Source of the DNA: Podarcis melisellensis
Taxonomy: Eukaryota
DNA: 64,000 bases
Direction: 5' to 3' (one strand)
Assembly: GCA_964234715.1 (NCBI GenBank)
Contig: OZ174275.1
In this document: one piece after another, positions 34,727-48,978 of the stretch
Position numbering within the stretch: position 1 is the first letter of the stretch
Layout of the letters: each line of letters starts with the position of its first letter
Translations under genes and position numbers: made by a program
The notes under the pieces: model-generated
What the model saw: the letters and a program-made list of their open reading frames with translations, nothing else
The model's database searches: none
What the model was told of the DNA's origin: nothing

Positions 34727-37700
34727 AGCTCATGTACTTAGAGGAACATAAATGCTTGTCACATGGTGGTTGCTTAAAATCTCATCCAAGTGGCAAATGA
34801 AATGTTCAATTCAGACACTCAGGTGCCCCTATATAATTGCTTGCAGAGGTGTGTTGGGTCATCCTGGCAGACTTTGAAACTCAGCAGATATGTGGATGTG
34901 CCAGTTGTATGAAATGGTGCATTCGTCTGTTCCTTTGAATGTGGCTACTTTGTTGTTGTGGGTTTTTTTCCTTCAATGACCTCCACTGGTAATGCAAACA
35001 AAAATGTAGAGTAACAAACACACACCCCTGCTTCATTCCCTCATGGAATTTGATTGACCTCGCCTCATTTAATAGAGACTCTCAATTCAATTTTGTTGCT
35101 CATTTCCTAAATTTGTCTCCTAGAAATATCGAATTTCTTCAAGTCAATACAGTAAAATGCTTTAAAATATCCATTTTATTTTTTAAAAGACCTCCATAAG
35201 GTAGACATTTTGTATTCACCCTGTCCCTGCCTAGTAGGTTCAGATAACTCAGTGACAGACAGTAGCTTTTGTAATAGAGAAAAACTGGCCAATTGCAGTA
35301 ACTGGCAATGCAGTGATGCTTCATGGAAAAGTAGCTGGTTGCCTGACAGTGCCTTGTTCCCTGGTGCTTCCTTTTAGACCCATTCTGCTGAAAGGCGAGG
35401 GCGAGGTTTCCTTTGAACTGGCTAACCTACCTCCTTAGAGCAGGAGAGAGTGGAGAATTGGATGAATCTCTCTCAAATTGTGATAGGGCTCATTTAATTA
35501 AAGCCCCAAGTGATTTAATTACAGTTAATTTAACTTTGCTTGCAGCTTTGGTGCAAGCCTGCCTGTAATTGCAGTTTTACAGCAGTGTAGTTTGTTCACA
35601 TGTTGCAGCTTAAGGTTTAATGCTCTGTGGTTAAGTCGCCCCTGAAGGAGGCCAGAGTAGTTTGCAGTTAGTTTCCATTTAGTCCTTAGGTAACATTAGA
35701 ATAGTGATAAGTGGCAATAGTTACAGAGAGTGCCTGCTGTGTAATAGCTCCACTGCATGCATCACACTCCCTTTTGCAGGTATTTCCTCAATGTTATTGG
35801 GAAGGAAAATGCCCACTGCACCTAATAAAATACATCCATGCACATGTAGGGGTGATATTGTATGTAGGAGAGAATGAAGAAGACCTGCTTGTATGAGGCT
35901 CTGAAGCACGTCCTACCAAACATGCAAGCATATGCACCCCACACCCATGATACCCACATCATACACATATATACATTTATAGATACAATGGATTGTGGGC
36001 TCTCCTGGACAAAGCTTTGGGAGGCTTAGTAGTACCAAGTGAGGTAGAAGGTAATAAGTGGACACTGCTGCTTAGTGGTAAGTGAGTGGTCCTATGCCCC
36101 TATGGTGGAAGTTACAGAGAAGAAGAAAGGGTGGCTGGGTGAGCATCATTTGGTTACTGACTGGCCAGTATGGGCTGCTAGTATGATCAGCTGGTGCTGG
36201 GCATTGCTTGATAGTCAGGAGTTGTGCATGTCCATGGTTCTCTTGCTTACTTATTTCTGGTGACTATTCTAATTTGCTGATGAAGCAACGTTAAGTCAAC
36301 TGATTTGAAACTTAGGGTTGTTTCCAAGGTGTGATGTTAGAAGTGTGTGTAACGTTGATACTGATTCTGACCTAGCTGTTGGTTAGAACTGGATATTTAG
36401 AGTTGACATGGTGATGATATCCTGGAAGTTAGTGCTAATTATGGTTTATTGCCTCAAACCCGTTCAGGATTCTAAACAGGGCTTGGAGGGCATGTATATG
36501 TTGGCACTGCTTCCTTGGAAGTTGAAAGATGAAGTAATATAATGAGCTTTACTATTGTTTGCTTAGTGGCAATGTGATGCTTATCACATATCATGATTTT
36601 CAAACCCACCATAAGCTATGGTTTCACATCCTGGTTTGCTGCCAATCCTAACTATAGTTTAGGCACCACGTAGTTAGGTAACTTGTGGCATTAGGGCAGC
36701 ATGTGGTCCTTGGCCTGATTTTGTGCAGGTGGCAAGGCCTGCCCACCACTGGTATGTGGCCCCTGACAGGTTAACTCTGAGGGAATGTGGCCCCTGACTG
36801 TCCTAGTCCTCCCTACCCACTTAGGAAGTGGAACTCAAATTAGAATGGCATTTATGTGTCATAGGCTGCAAGGATCAGCAGTTACTTGAGAGGCCAAAGG
36901 CATGGACAGGAGTGAGCTAAGATGTTGAACCAACAAGTGACATGCTGACGGCATCTTCTTTTTGAAGGATGGGTTGGGCAGAGCTAGATTCCTAAGACTA
37001 GCAAACAGGTACAATAATGGCTTGGCTAGGTGAGGTTTGTGTTTGCCAGCACTATGTCCTAAATGCTGGAGGTGGGATGGGTGCCAGTTGGCATCAGGTT
37101 TACTCCCAGCTACTTCCCCTGAAGGGCAAGGCATCCTGCGTAACAGAAGAAGGCTCTGGCAGCAGCACCTAAGTTGGAGAAGGGAACTAATGGGCGGCAT
37201 TTATGAGTGTTTGTCTGGTCCTTCAGGGCCTTTTCAACAGCCTCTCCATATTCAATAACTGCATTGGCATTGTTGGCTATTTTTGTGTCACTTAAAGCTA
37301 TCTTTCTGTTTACTGATGCTGTAGTTACATTTAGGTGACTACTCTCATGAGGTTGCTTCACTGTCACCTGAAGGTGATTTGCTCAAATGGGCCATCACTC
37401 AAAATATGCTGAATTTTATGGACTAACAGCTCTGAGTATATCACTTTTTAGTGGGTGCTGCGCTGTGGCTCATTCTGACAATAAATGCCCTTGGATGTGT
37501 GGCACGGAAGATGCTATAAAACCTAAGAGACTAATTGAGATTTATACCCTGAAGGCAGCTAGGCTGATAAAAACAAAAAGGCCTCTTGAGATTATTATTA
37601 TTATTGTTAATTCTGATGAGTTCACAAAATACACTGCACATTAAAACCAGCAGTTTGTTCTAGAATGTTTAGGGCTTAAAGTGACCTGTTTGTTATAAAC

Positions 37701-38039
37701 CAAGCATTTCTAAGGATAGACAACATTACTACAATACAGGCAATTTTTGTTTGAATTCTTGAAATAACCAATTAGGTTCCTGATTCACTTGATTACCTGC
37801 TTTTTCTTCTTGGCAAAATTATACAAATTGGTGTTCTTGCATCCATGCAGAAAGTGAATATCATACATGACATTATCTGCATGGTGGAGAGGCTGGGGGA
37901 GTGTGCCCTTCACCATGCAAATGTGGTCACATAAGTGTCTGAACTGGGCTGGAACGGTGAGTTAACAAGTTTCTTCTTTCCCAAGGGCTAGAATAGTGTT
38001 GTTTCCACTATTAAGTGGGAAAAGAATGGGTTTTGTTTT

Positions 38040-38345
38040 GTTTTTACTGTATTTTGCTCTTCATCCAATGAATTCCTGGGTGGTGAACAACATAAAACAC
38101 TGAAATATAAAATAAAACCTAAAGCATTATATTAGGGAGCAGTTGAAATTGTAATTTGGTCACCAGATGAAGGTCTTTAAGCAATATCTTCTAAAACCAG
38201 TGCACCACCAATGAAAAAGCCCTCTCCTTTATTGGTACATAGCAGGCTTCTGATAAGGTAGGCACTTGGAGAAAAGCTTCGGCAGAAGATCACAGATGCA
38301 GGACACCTGATATGGGAAGAGGCAGTTATTCAGGTAACTGGGTTA
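38040..38345 (-). mobile_element. Degraded L2-type LINE 3' fragment
   Basis: Antisense L2-like motifs GTGCACCACCAATGAAAAAGCCCT, GCAGAAGATC and TATGGGAAGAGGCAGTTATTCAGGTAACTGG. Confidence 0.55.
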
Positions 38346-40262
38346 CATGCCTCCTCTGACTGTCAGTTGATGGATGCCCACCTCCAACTTTGAGAAGAGT
38401 GACTTTGGGAACACGATTGTGAGCTATGCATGTCCTCAGGAGGTCTCCAGTTCTTTGATTCCACTATAGATTATTGCATATCCTGGAAAAGTAGCATTTG
38501 AGAATGGGAAGAACCTTCAGAAAGCCACCCAATTCACTGTAACTGGCTGCAGCTGGAAGGAAAAAATGGCAGAATTCCCATGCAGAAGCCTTTCCAATCA
38601 TGATCCTTGAAACTAAGAGGGGATATACACATCTTATTGACTGGAATATGTTGATTTTCCCATTTAGGTTAAATCTCTCTTTCTTGGAGGATGTAATCTC
38701 AATCCAACAAACTTTGAAAATTAAGATTCTTACCTTTGCTGCATCAAAAAACCCCAGAGGTGGTTGAACTGAATAGCTTAGTTTGCATAAGTTATCAGTT
38801 CAAGTTAACAAATGCAATCCATCCACATGTTCAGTCTCCTTTTGGGACAGGTGACATGCGGTTCCTACTCATATCATTTGCTGGTTGGCTTATTATGCCC
38901 AATATGTCCATACATCATTTTATTTGTACATTTCACCTTAACTTAGCCCATAAGACCAAAGAGCATCAAGGAGTTGGATACACAGTATGTCTGAGATTGA
39001 GTTGCATCCATATCATCTCATATCCTTGGGTACTTCTTTTGTTGAGTACAACTCCCATCACTCCTAACCATTGGCCATGCTGATGGGGGCTGGTAGGGAC
39101 ACCTGGAGGGTCACAGATTAGCCACTCTTGATTTAGACAATCAGGAAATTAGGGTATTTAAAGTTTGGATGCTGATAATTCTAAAGTGTCAATGAAACAG
39201 AATGTGGTTTAGGTCAAGTTTGACTTTATATTCTGTTGTTAGTGGCAGCTACTCTGTGCTCTTACTGACAGTTTGTATGTGGGAAGCACAAGGCATCTTT
39301 CAATTAGCCAGCCCATATGCCACCTCAGCCTTGTAGAATGCTGCTTTAGCAATCTTGCCATATTTTTTAGAAACACAATTCATTAAAGGCTTATAAGTCC
39401 TATTATCCCTAATTGATGATGCCACGAGTTTGCCACAAGCTTCCAAGAGGAGAGGTTAGGTGACTGGATGCAGAATATACATCGATATGAAGAAGCTCCA
39501 TAGAGATCATTATGCTCGGCAGCAGGGAAGGTAAAATCCACATTTAAAGGGCAGCCCTCCATTTTGAGGGGCAGGCAGCAGGAATTAATGTACTTCTGCT
39601 GCTGCATTTATAAACATGACATTTTAGGAAACATCAGGAAACTAAAGAGGAGAGGAAATCTGTCACTGTTTATATGATAATGAAAAACAAAAGGGGGAAA
39701 GGTCCAGTTTGAAGAAAATATGTAATCAAGAGAGAGGAATTCTAGTAAGAGGTTGTGGATAGATAATGTTTCCAGTGGATGTCAACCCATATATCTTGTC
39801 TTCTTTCAGACCTGACCGGAATAATAGGAATTATGAGAATTGTAGCCCAATTAGCCACTCCTCTATAATACCCAGTTTCAGAATTCTATTGTATTCTGGC
39901 AGCTTTGTATTTTAGAACAGCAGACACAGCTTTGCATTGGGTTTTAAGGATGTCAAATGTATAGTCATTCCAGTTTAATAATCATAAGTTTATATGACCT
40001 CCTCTTGGCCAACTGGGTTCCAAGATCCATGTACAGAACATCTGAACAGTTCCATAAAACAGTAACATCATGATTGAGAACAGAATTCATTAATTTTAAA
40101 GAAATGGCTGGCAGCTTTTGACCCAAGATGAGTTTCACCTCCCTTTGGAGGCTGGGTCGTAGGCAGTAGAGTGAATTCCATCTCTTAGAGAATTCTTTTG
40201 AAACTTGAGGGTTTTTAAAGCCTTCAAATGTTTTTGCAGATCCCAGTTTGACTTCTAATACC

Positions 40263-40443
40263 CACTGGTGGAGGAAGGGGGATGTGGTGGCTGCAGTTTG
40301 CCCTGGGTGTCATCCCCTGGGGCACTTGTTGTGGGCACCGCCCCCTTGGGATGCTCACCCTGCTCCTGCGGGTGGCTAGCCCCACCCCTGGGTACATAGC
40401 GTGTGCGCCGCTCCAGTTGCTGGAGCAGCTAGCTCCGCCTCTG
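40263..40443. mobile_element. hAT-type MITE related to 9572-9868
   Basis: Termini CACTGGTGGAGGAAGGGGG / CTCCGCCTCTG. TSD CTAATACC / CTAATACA (7/8). Confidence 0.75.
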
Positions 40444-40934
40444 CTAATACATATATAGCCATCTTGAGTTAGGCTATCCTATCAAATGTAACCAGAATAC
40501 TTTTATTTTTCAAACATAGCTAGGTTTAGAACAAAGCCTGAGATACCCTCTGGTCTAGATGACAGCACACATGCACCAGAGTTGCTGTTGTTCTGTTAGA
40601 ATTCCTGAGAAACACTGGAGCCTGTCCAACCAGCTCTTTTCTTTAAGGACACTTCCTGCATGGGAGCTGCAGGAAAGGTGAAAAGCCGTTTTGTGTACTA
40701 TCCCATGTGGACCTAAAAAAGAAAAGAAAAGGCCTCAAACATGAAGTGCTTAGATGAAAAACAGCATATAGAGCTATGTCAGGGATGGTGCTAAAAAGAA
40801 TCTGTCACAAAGGTGGTTCTTCTATGGATCTATGATCTGACATATGAGGATGCAGGGACATTATTTGAAGGATGTCACTGTAGGGTTGTGTATGTGTACT
40901 TGTGCCTGCATGTTCCCAAATCATAGAACTAGAA

Positions 40935-41107
40935 CTTTTGTAGTCTGAGAAACTGAGCTGTGATTCAGGATGTTCTCAGTGTGACTCTCAACTCTGCTAG
41001 GGACTCCTAGGTGGCCCTAGGGAAGCCATTCTCTCTTAGCCTCAGCTCCCTTTCAACAGCATGGAAGATAATAAAAGTGCTGTACAAATGTTAAATGTTA
41101 TTATTAC
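40935..41107 (+). mobile_element. Degraded MIR-like SINE
   Basis: GGTGGCCCTAGGGAAGCCATTCTCTCTTAGCCTCAGCTCCC..ATGGAAGATAATA..AAAGTGCTGTACAAATGTTAA-TATTATT tail. Confidence 0.55.
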
Positions 41108-42077
41108 TAGTGCGACAACAGACATAGCATAATTCCTTCAAGCAAAAACCATTCTATAAGATTATATTCCACATAATTGCCCTATGCTGTAACAAGGCTC
41201 TGTCTTGCAAATGTTTAAGCACATTTAGCCACACGTACACTGATGATTATATAAAGTGTTTGCTAAATCATGGGCAGAATAAAATGTGTACTTCTGTTTA
41301 ATGCAAAGTACAACACAAATGCAGTAGAACAGATGACAGAATGTACCTTTGCGTTCTCACACTGTAGAAGCCAGATGAGCTGCTAAATTTGGTGAATGTA
41401 ATGTTTATGTAGTTACTGAAATGCTTCTAGCATGTTTGCCCCAATAGGTCATAATGTTCTTTCAAAGCAAAATAGTTTATACAAAGCAAAAAGGGGGGGG
41501 GGAATTCACTTCAAGCACATTGTAGAAGGCATTTATAGAATTGTCTATCTTTACAGCCAGCTGTGCATTTTGGGGGTGTGGTTTTTTGTGTTGTTTTTTT
41601 TTGTTATTCCGAAAATTAAGCTGTGGTGGAAGAGATGTTAATTTCTCCTGTGATGGTGTTTTTGTCAAGGATCTGAGAATTCTGAAATGGATGTTCACCC
41701 AGACAGAGCAACAACAGCTGTCGATGCTGCATCTGAAGGAAAACATTCCAGTTTCATTTAAGACCACCCCGCAAGCAGTTATTTCTCCTGTTCTGCAATA
41801 TTCATCAGGCAATTAATGCTTTTATGCCAAATATGAAAGTGGATATATTATTGGCTCCTTTGGATGGAGGGGACTGAAGGGGATTTGGCAAGGTTTTCCT
41901 TCAACTAGAGAGAGTATGCCTAGGATACCCACTGTAATTGAGTGTTGCAGACTTTCAGCCAACACTTGCTTCTTTAAAATAATCGATTGTTTTTAAGTGT
42001 CCACTTTTGCTGAAGTGAGAAGCACAGTTCAGATGTAACAACAAACCATAGTTTGGTACTGCATGAATGGTCCTTGT

Positions 42078-42231
42078 CAGTGCTTTTTTCCTGGGGGGGG
42101 GGGACGCAGGAGTACGCATACCCCTAAACATTTTGTGAAGCTTTGTACTTTTGTCCAAACTATAAAATGGTGGTTTTCTTGAGTCAAAATGAGAGTACCC
42201 CTAAACACTTTTTAAGGGGGGGAAAGCACTG
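42078..42231. mobile_element. hAT MITE
   Basis: TIRs CAGTGCTTT / AAAGCACTG. Perfect 8-bp TSD GTCCTTGT (42070-42077, 42232-42239). Internal repeat TACCCCTAAACA occurs twice. Confidence 0.9.
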
Positions 42232-43005
42232 GTCCTTGTGCTTGCACACTCCACCCTTCCCTGTGCTCTCAGATATAAATTTTTTCCCTGTTGTTTAGTG
42301 CAAACCATTAATCAGAACAGGCAAACTATGGTTTGTGCTTGTTTTCCACAGATTGTAATTTGTGTTAAAGGGGAAATGACCATAACTATAAGGCTGATGT
42401 AGTGCAAAAAAGTTATATATGAATCAGGCCAGAGAAGGGATATGCATCACAAATCTTATTTCTTGTTTTAAAAAAGTGAAGTACAGCCCAAGACAACTCC
42501 AAACTGATAGAATCATGCCCAGCGTGGAGAATACTCTGCAACAGTAATGTATACAGGTGTCCCATTTCACTGCCTAAGGCAGAAAGGTGCTGATCCAACT
42601 TGCCCCTACCAAAACATGACAGGGCATTCTGGTGGGAGAGCATAAGGTTTCGTGAAGCTCCTGCAACATGTCATAGAGCACACAAGATCTCACAATTTTT
42701 CTGCAAGATCTTGGAAGATTTCACCAGAAGCTGCCACTACCGCCAATTCTCTGCCAGCCCTAGGGCGCTGCCTCTTGGTGTTCCGCCACAAAAGGCGGCT
42801 GCCTTAGCCCACCACATGGGTGGACTGGCCTTGACAGTTGTACATACAGGTTGGCCCAAGTGTAAAAGAGAGCAAGGCTGTTTTACTATCAGTAGTTTCA
42901 CTGAAGAAGACATTTCAGCAGCAATTTTTTTCTGCTGAACAAACTTCTTATATATAACTCTTATTAATGTGCAATAATTCTTTTGCATCAGGCTATGCAA
43001 TTCAC

Positions 43006-43366
43006 GGACGCAGGTGGCGCTGTGGGTTAAACCACAGAGCCTAGGACTTGCCGATCAGAAGGTTGGCAGTTTGAATCCCCACGCCGGGGTGAACTTCCAT
43101 TGTTCGGTCCCAGCTTCTGCCAACCTAGCAGTTCGAAAGCACAAAGTGCAAGTAGATAAATAGGTACCGCTCCAGCGGGAAGGTAAACGGCGTTTCCGTG
43201 TGCTGCTCTGGTTTGCTAGAAGCGGCTTAGTCATGCTGGCCACATGACCCGGAAGCTGTCTGTGGACAAATGCCGGCTCCCTTGGCCAATAAAGCGAGAT
43301 GAGCGCGCAACCCCAGAGTCGGTCACGACTGGACCTAATGGTCAGGGGTCCCTTTACCTTTATCTT
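43006..43366 (+). mobile_element. Full-length Sauria SINE (Squam1/POM-type)
   Basis: Starts GGACGCAGGTGGCGCTGTGGGTTAAACC (A-box region), ends with a CCTTTACCTTTATCTT tail. Perfect 12-bp TSD TATGCAATTCAC (42994-43005, 43367-43378). Confidence 0.97.
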
Positions 43367-43580
43367 TATGCAATTCACATATATAACTGCTTTTAAAATC
43401 TGAAACAGGCCAAGTCCTTGAAGCCCCTCCCCTCCAGGGGGCTTGAAGTCACAAGTCTCTGACCCAGGACTGGATGCAGCGGTGTGCAAATCTTTTGAGG
43501 TACTCTCATTTCCAAGTAGCTCAGTGGTGCAGAGTAGAGGTCCAGTCTCACAAGGATAATTTTGGGTCGTATCCAGTGTA

Positions 43581-43788
43581 CAGTTATACCTCGGAAGTCC
43601 GTTCAACCAAGGTGCAGCTTCCGATTGGCTGCAGGAAGCTCCTGCACTCAATTGGAAGCCCCGGAAGCAGCATTGGGCATTTGGGTTCCAAAGAACATTC
43701 ACAAACCGGAACACTCGCTTCCGGGTTTGTGGCATTCAAGAGCCAAAACGTTTGAGTTGCAAGGCATTCGACTTCCGAGGTATGACTG
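43581..43788. mobile_element. Tc1/mariner-pogo (Tigger-like) MITE
   Basis: TIRs CAGTTATACCTCGGAAGTC / GACTTCCGAGGTATGACTG. TA on both flanks. Confidence 0.9.
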
Positions 43789-45139
43789 TAGTGTGAAATA
43801 AGTAGTTGTGATAGCACAAAGATTTCTGCACAATGGAACTTGTCCCCATGTCATTGCTCCTCACCCCACAAATCTGTTTTATGGGTTGCTCCAGCCCTCC
43901 AGTGCTGATAAGGGGAGTGTGCAGGGCATGTGGAGAGGGAGGGGTGTGTGTGCATCATGTTTGTGCATACTGAAGAATGAGATACATCTTAGGTAAATGT
44001 GCTATCACAGATTGTTGAATCTGGGTTTAAGATCAGGTGAGGGCTCTGGATGCTGCAATAGATATCATACTTAGAAGTTTTTAAGATAATTTTGACTTGC
44101 ACAGTTACTCTAGGACTGCAGTCCTGTCCACATATAAGTGGCATATATCCCACTGATATATATTGCTGTATATAAGAAAGTTTGGCTATGAAACACAGAA
44201 GACTAGCTGCATTAATCATTCTAATGTGCATCCATATAAATTCTAATATAAGTGCAATTAACTTAGTAGTTATGGTATCCTGCCACTTTCAATTTCACTT
44301 TAGCAATTTGCATTCTTATTCTCCAGTGCACTCACTGAGAACTGAAGGGTCATTTTATGCAGAACCTTTCGTTGGGAAGAATGTCACTAGGCAAATAAAA
44401 CTGAGTTGTTCAGGCAGTGTTTGTATAGAGACAACAAAATGCCATGTGAGACAATGGCATCCCTTGAGATCCACTGAGATGGCATTGCACAATACATTCC
44501 TCAATTACGAGATACACAGTTATGCAGCAAACCCTTCCTGTACAGATCTGGCTAGCAGCTGATTACTCTTATTCTTATTCTTGCTTTCAGTGAGAATAAT
44601 CAAATTCTCATTGAAATCTGCTGAAATACTCCTACAGCTTTTAATGGACCTTGGATCTGGCTCTTGGCATATGGACGGGAATTAACAAGCATCCTGCTGC
44701 CTACTAATTTATTTAGCAATTCTGATTGAAATCATGGTTTGTCCTGAGTCTGTTGCAGTAAAGTTCGCTGGACAAGCAATGTCAGTTGCATTCTGTTTCT
44801 CCCCACCTACCAGCAGGATCTTGTGCTGACGCTTCTTCCTGGGAACATATGTTGATTTGGAGAAATTTGCTTCCTACACGCATGGTTGACAGATCATAGT
44901 GCAGAGAGCTGACTACTATACTCTGAGTAAGCAGCAGCAGCTTGGTAAAATGTCCATAAAGATTTAACGATAATCATAAAATGTAGTGCCTATCCTTTTG
45001 CCGCATTCCAGCATGGCTGGGTTGAAATAAACATGGTGCAGTTTCTGTGCTTGAATTCCTCCGAGTCGTTTTATATGTTCAGGTGGAATCCTAATCTGTG
45101 CACAAAGTTCATTTTGTTTTGGATGAGGGGAAATAAGAT

Positions 45140-45310
45140 GAGTTTGAAGCCTGGCAAGAAGGATTCAAACCCAGGGACACTGTGCGTGAGTGGGCTCTGG
45201 TTTTGATAAATTGGTCAGTTGCCCACCTTGGATGGAGTTGCATTCCCCCTTAAATGAGCAGGCAGGCAGTCTGGATCTAGAAGTTCTGTTGCTGAAGGTG
45301 TAGTTGTCCT
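45140..45310 (+). mobile_element. L2 LINE reverse-transcriptase-region relic
   Basis: TTGGATGGAGTTGCATTCCCC..GAGCAGGCAGGCAGTCTGG translates to LDGVAFP..EQAGSL, resembling the squamate L2 LDGVALPLKEQVRSLG motif. Confidence 0.55.
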
Positions 45311-46170
45311 GTGCTGTACATAATCAAACTAATATCATCAATATCTTCAAGCCCAGAGTAATTCCCCAGGGTGGAGATTACTATGTACCACTAATGTAGG
45401 CAGGTGTCAGAGGCCTGTGAGGAACTGGAAGCAGGTAGGCTTGGTGCCCTTTAGTTCTTTGCAAGAGGAAATGAAATTATTCTTACCACGGCATCTGCCT
45501 CTAGCCAGGCAACAACTGTCCTCGCACCCCTGCATCCCCCTCTGATTTTTATACGGGACTGTTCAACCATATCCACTTCGTGTCTCAGGCTATTGCTCAT
45601 GAGGAATCCTTTCATAGGGTCAAGGGAACCAGCTGACAGGAGCAACAGAATATTTGCCACTTGCTTCCTTGTTCACTCAGCCCTTCTTTCTCCTTTCCAC
45701 CACCATGAAAACTACTCCTTCAAATGGGGTTTTAGCAAAATGGGTGGGTGGCAGCAGCAGCAGCAGATTTGTGGGATGTGTTGGTTTTATAATACTTTTT
45801 TTTCTTTGCACCAGAAGTGAAGTTTTAGCCCAACTTAAATATGGAGGCATAAGCTCTACTTTTAATCAGTTTATTCTGGGGAATGATGCTTCCTTTGTAA
45901 ATGTGACAGTCTTCATTCTAATCTCTTGAGTGACAGAAGACATATCTGTTTATTAAGCATGAAGTGATGTGGAGAAGCTGTTGATGCTCTGGAGGTTGAA
46001 ATTATATCAGACACAACCAATTTTGGGAGTTTAATCCTCTTCCACACAAGTTGAAGTAAATAGCATATTTTATACTACTCCAAAATATAGAATCCCTTCA
46101 GTATATTTATGTTTGCATTTGAAACATCAATCTGTCCAAATTTGGCTTCTGTCTCAATGACAATCTAGAC

Positions 46171-46466
46171 CAAGGCTGTCCCTACCATTAGGTAGAATGA
46201 GTCACTTTCCTCAGGTGGCAGGTGCAGCAGTGGTAACGATCTTCCCCCATTATGCCTCCTGAGCTCCCTGGATATTTGTTTTGGAGAGCAGAACTGTATA
46301 TGTCATGTATCTCCCAGACTAGGCTGCTGAGATCATGTGCAGAGGACAATGCTATCCCTTTGCCAATGTTAAAGTAAGAGTCAGGTGCCAGTTCAGCCAT
46401 GGAATGGGGAGAGGACACCATCTTGTCCTTTGTCTCAGACAACAAGAAAATCTTGAGCCAGCCCTG
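46171..46466. mobile_element. Old hAT-like MITE
   Basis: Termini CAAGGCTG / CAGCCCTG. TSD not clearly retained. Confidence 0.4.
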
Positions 46467-48978
46467 CCTGGATCTGACATATTTATTTGTTTGCCTCTTT
46501 TAAAGTCTGTTTTGGGAAAATGCACATTGTAATGTGTACATTTAAAACTTGGTATGTGAGGCTTTTAAAGGATGTGGCACGCAAACTAGTTTGTATTCTG
46601 CACTGTGACTGGTGTAAAAAGAAATGTTTGTCTTATCTTATTGTATGAATATTCCTGATTTTGAAGCAATTTAGTCTGTATCCATGGCAGCTTCACTTAG
46701 TCATACAAACAGCAATTTTGAATTGTTCTGCTAATAGTCACATTTGCAGCCTTCCATATATACTTTTCTACTCCAACTGATCAATGCAGTATTAACAAAA
46801 ATAATGGACGTGATTGAAAGTACCTTCCAGGATGGTAGTTTTCTGTGTCAAGGCCAATGATTCCCTAACTGCCTTCTTAGATGACAGGTATGAGTGGGAC
46901 ACAGCCTTCCTTTTAAATGTTACTGGGAGTCTGTTATGAAAGAGCTGCTTAATGCTGGATGGCTGGGTAGTTTAATGGCTGAATTACCCCTCCCCTCTTC
47001 AGTGCCGGTAATGCCATGTCACGCCACCGTTCGTTTGCCAAGTAACTCTTGTTCACAGGCATTCCATTATCCTCCCTATTGTTTTCCTGCGTACATTTTT
47101 CTTTCCTTCACCCTCTGTTTCCATTTTGGACGCAGAATTACTCCCATTAGCAGAGGCAGTAATTCACTGAACATAAGATTTACTTACAGTACAGCTGTGC
47201 TGCTTTGATGATACCATCTGCCTTGAGTGCGGACAAGCCAGCTCCCCACAGCCAGTGCTCTGCAGGAGAAGGCTTCCTTAAGACACCCAAACTTTCATGC
47301 ATGCAGCAATGCACGCCTCATAAATCAGCCAGAGCAGAGAAGGGTAATAGTATGTATTTGGTAATCACTCCATGCTTGTATTTCCAATCTGTGGTGCTTG
47401 AATTTTGAATAGTTACATGCTGTAATTAGCAATTCTGCTCACCATTTTTATTTCCCTTTCCTTTTTAGATTAATGACCTAACTCAGCATTTTAAGGTACA
47501 GCCAACAAACTCTGGGCAGAGCTAGAGTAGCATAATGAATCTCTCTGTCTCTCTTTCAGCATGCCATCCTAATAGCTGTGGCTCTTAATTCATGTTTCCT
47601 GTTTTTGTGTATTACAGCTTAATCAAAATGTAAGTGGAATAAATAATGTTGCCAGTTCTTACACACTCTCTCTCACCAATTCCAGGCATTTTTACTACAC
47701 TGTCTTTGTGATTCTGATGTTGTAAAACAAGTATGTCGCTCTGGCAGTTCTCTTTATCTCAAAATCCAAATATTGCCGTTGTCTCCCTTGTTTTCTGGGC
47801 AAGGTCAAGCTGATGGCAGAGAATACCTGCTCATTAACTCTGCAGTTTCTTTCACTGATACTTCGAGGTGCACTCGGCAGTGCATGTTATTTTGTTTGCA
47901 GTAAGTGAGACTCTTGAGAATCAGTCTGCCAGGGCCTGAGTTCATAGGATTCATAAGGCAGATGTGAGTTCGGAAATGAGCAACTACTGTAACAGTGAGG
48001 AACTTGTATTGCTCATGGCTATATCTCATAAGGAGCTACAAAATGATTCTCATCCACTACTGACTGGGTCATGACACAATTAATGTACTGCTTTAGAGGC
48101 TGTCTTGTAAATATATTTATAACAGCAGCTTTGAGATTAATTTTAATGTTTATGCAGGAATAGCCTGTGCGTTTTGGACTGTGTTTGTCCAAATGCTAAG
48201 TGTCAGCCCTTATGGAATGCACATTGGATAATATAGTGGCCCATTTATGCGCAGGCTTAGGCACACTGAACAACTTTGTGGTCCTGCCTGTCAGACTGTT
48301 TATTTTTGCTTAAGGCACAAGTCATTGCTCTATGCTAAATTTACATAAACTTTCTGAAGCAAAAGGGAACTGTTTGTGTAGCAGAGAGCCTGACTGGAGG
48401 CACTGAATAATGGAAAGAAGCCATTGGGTGTATCTGGCAAATCCGTAACACGTTTCAAATCAGACTCTACTTAGGCCTTGAGATGGAATTATCTTAAAGG
48501 AGCATATGAATTAGGCTGCAGTCTTGTATTACCTTAACAAGGAAGAAGTCCCTTTGGACTCAATGGGACTTTATTTTGAGTAGAAGGGTAAGTTTGCACT
48601 GTCAGATACTCAAAATAAAACAAAAAAGTAAGGAATAAAACCAAGGCCAAATGAAAGTAGCAAACAGAAAGTAGCAACAAGTGACACTGCAAGTAAATAA
48701 GTGATCATTGTCACTATGGAAAAGGAAATATCCATGTGAATCTCCATTTTGTGGGTGGAATTGTGTAAAATGAAAAGTTTGCAAGTTCCTGCTTCTGTCG
48801 TCTTCTTGTCATTGCTGCTGCTGTTTTCCATTTATAGACTTCTTATTACCAGTAGGTATTGAAGCTGTTTGCAGTAGATAAAAATAAATATATTATGTGT
48901 GAATGCAATAAGTATCATAAAATAATATCAAACAATTTACATGAGAGCATTACAAAGGTGGCAACATAAAACACACTA

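Noticed and set aside
36040-36061. let-7-like start TGAGGTAG (also at 30841)
   Set aside because: The match is limited to the seed with no precursor hairpin. The 30841 instance is a SINE core.
41541-41816. ORF with a plausible-looking C-terminal half (DLRILKWMFTQTEQQQ..)
   Set aside because: No recognisable homology and no convincing splice sites bracket it.
43055-43735. Longest ORF (226 aa, minus strand)
   Set aside because: It is an antisense read-through of a MITE and a Sauria SINE. The same peptide (VKGPLTIRSS..) appears in ORF 5080-5550 over the other SINE copy.
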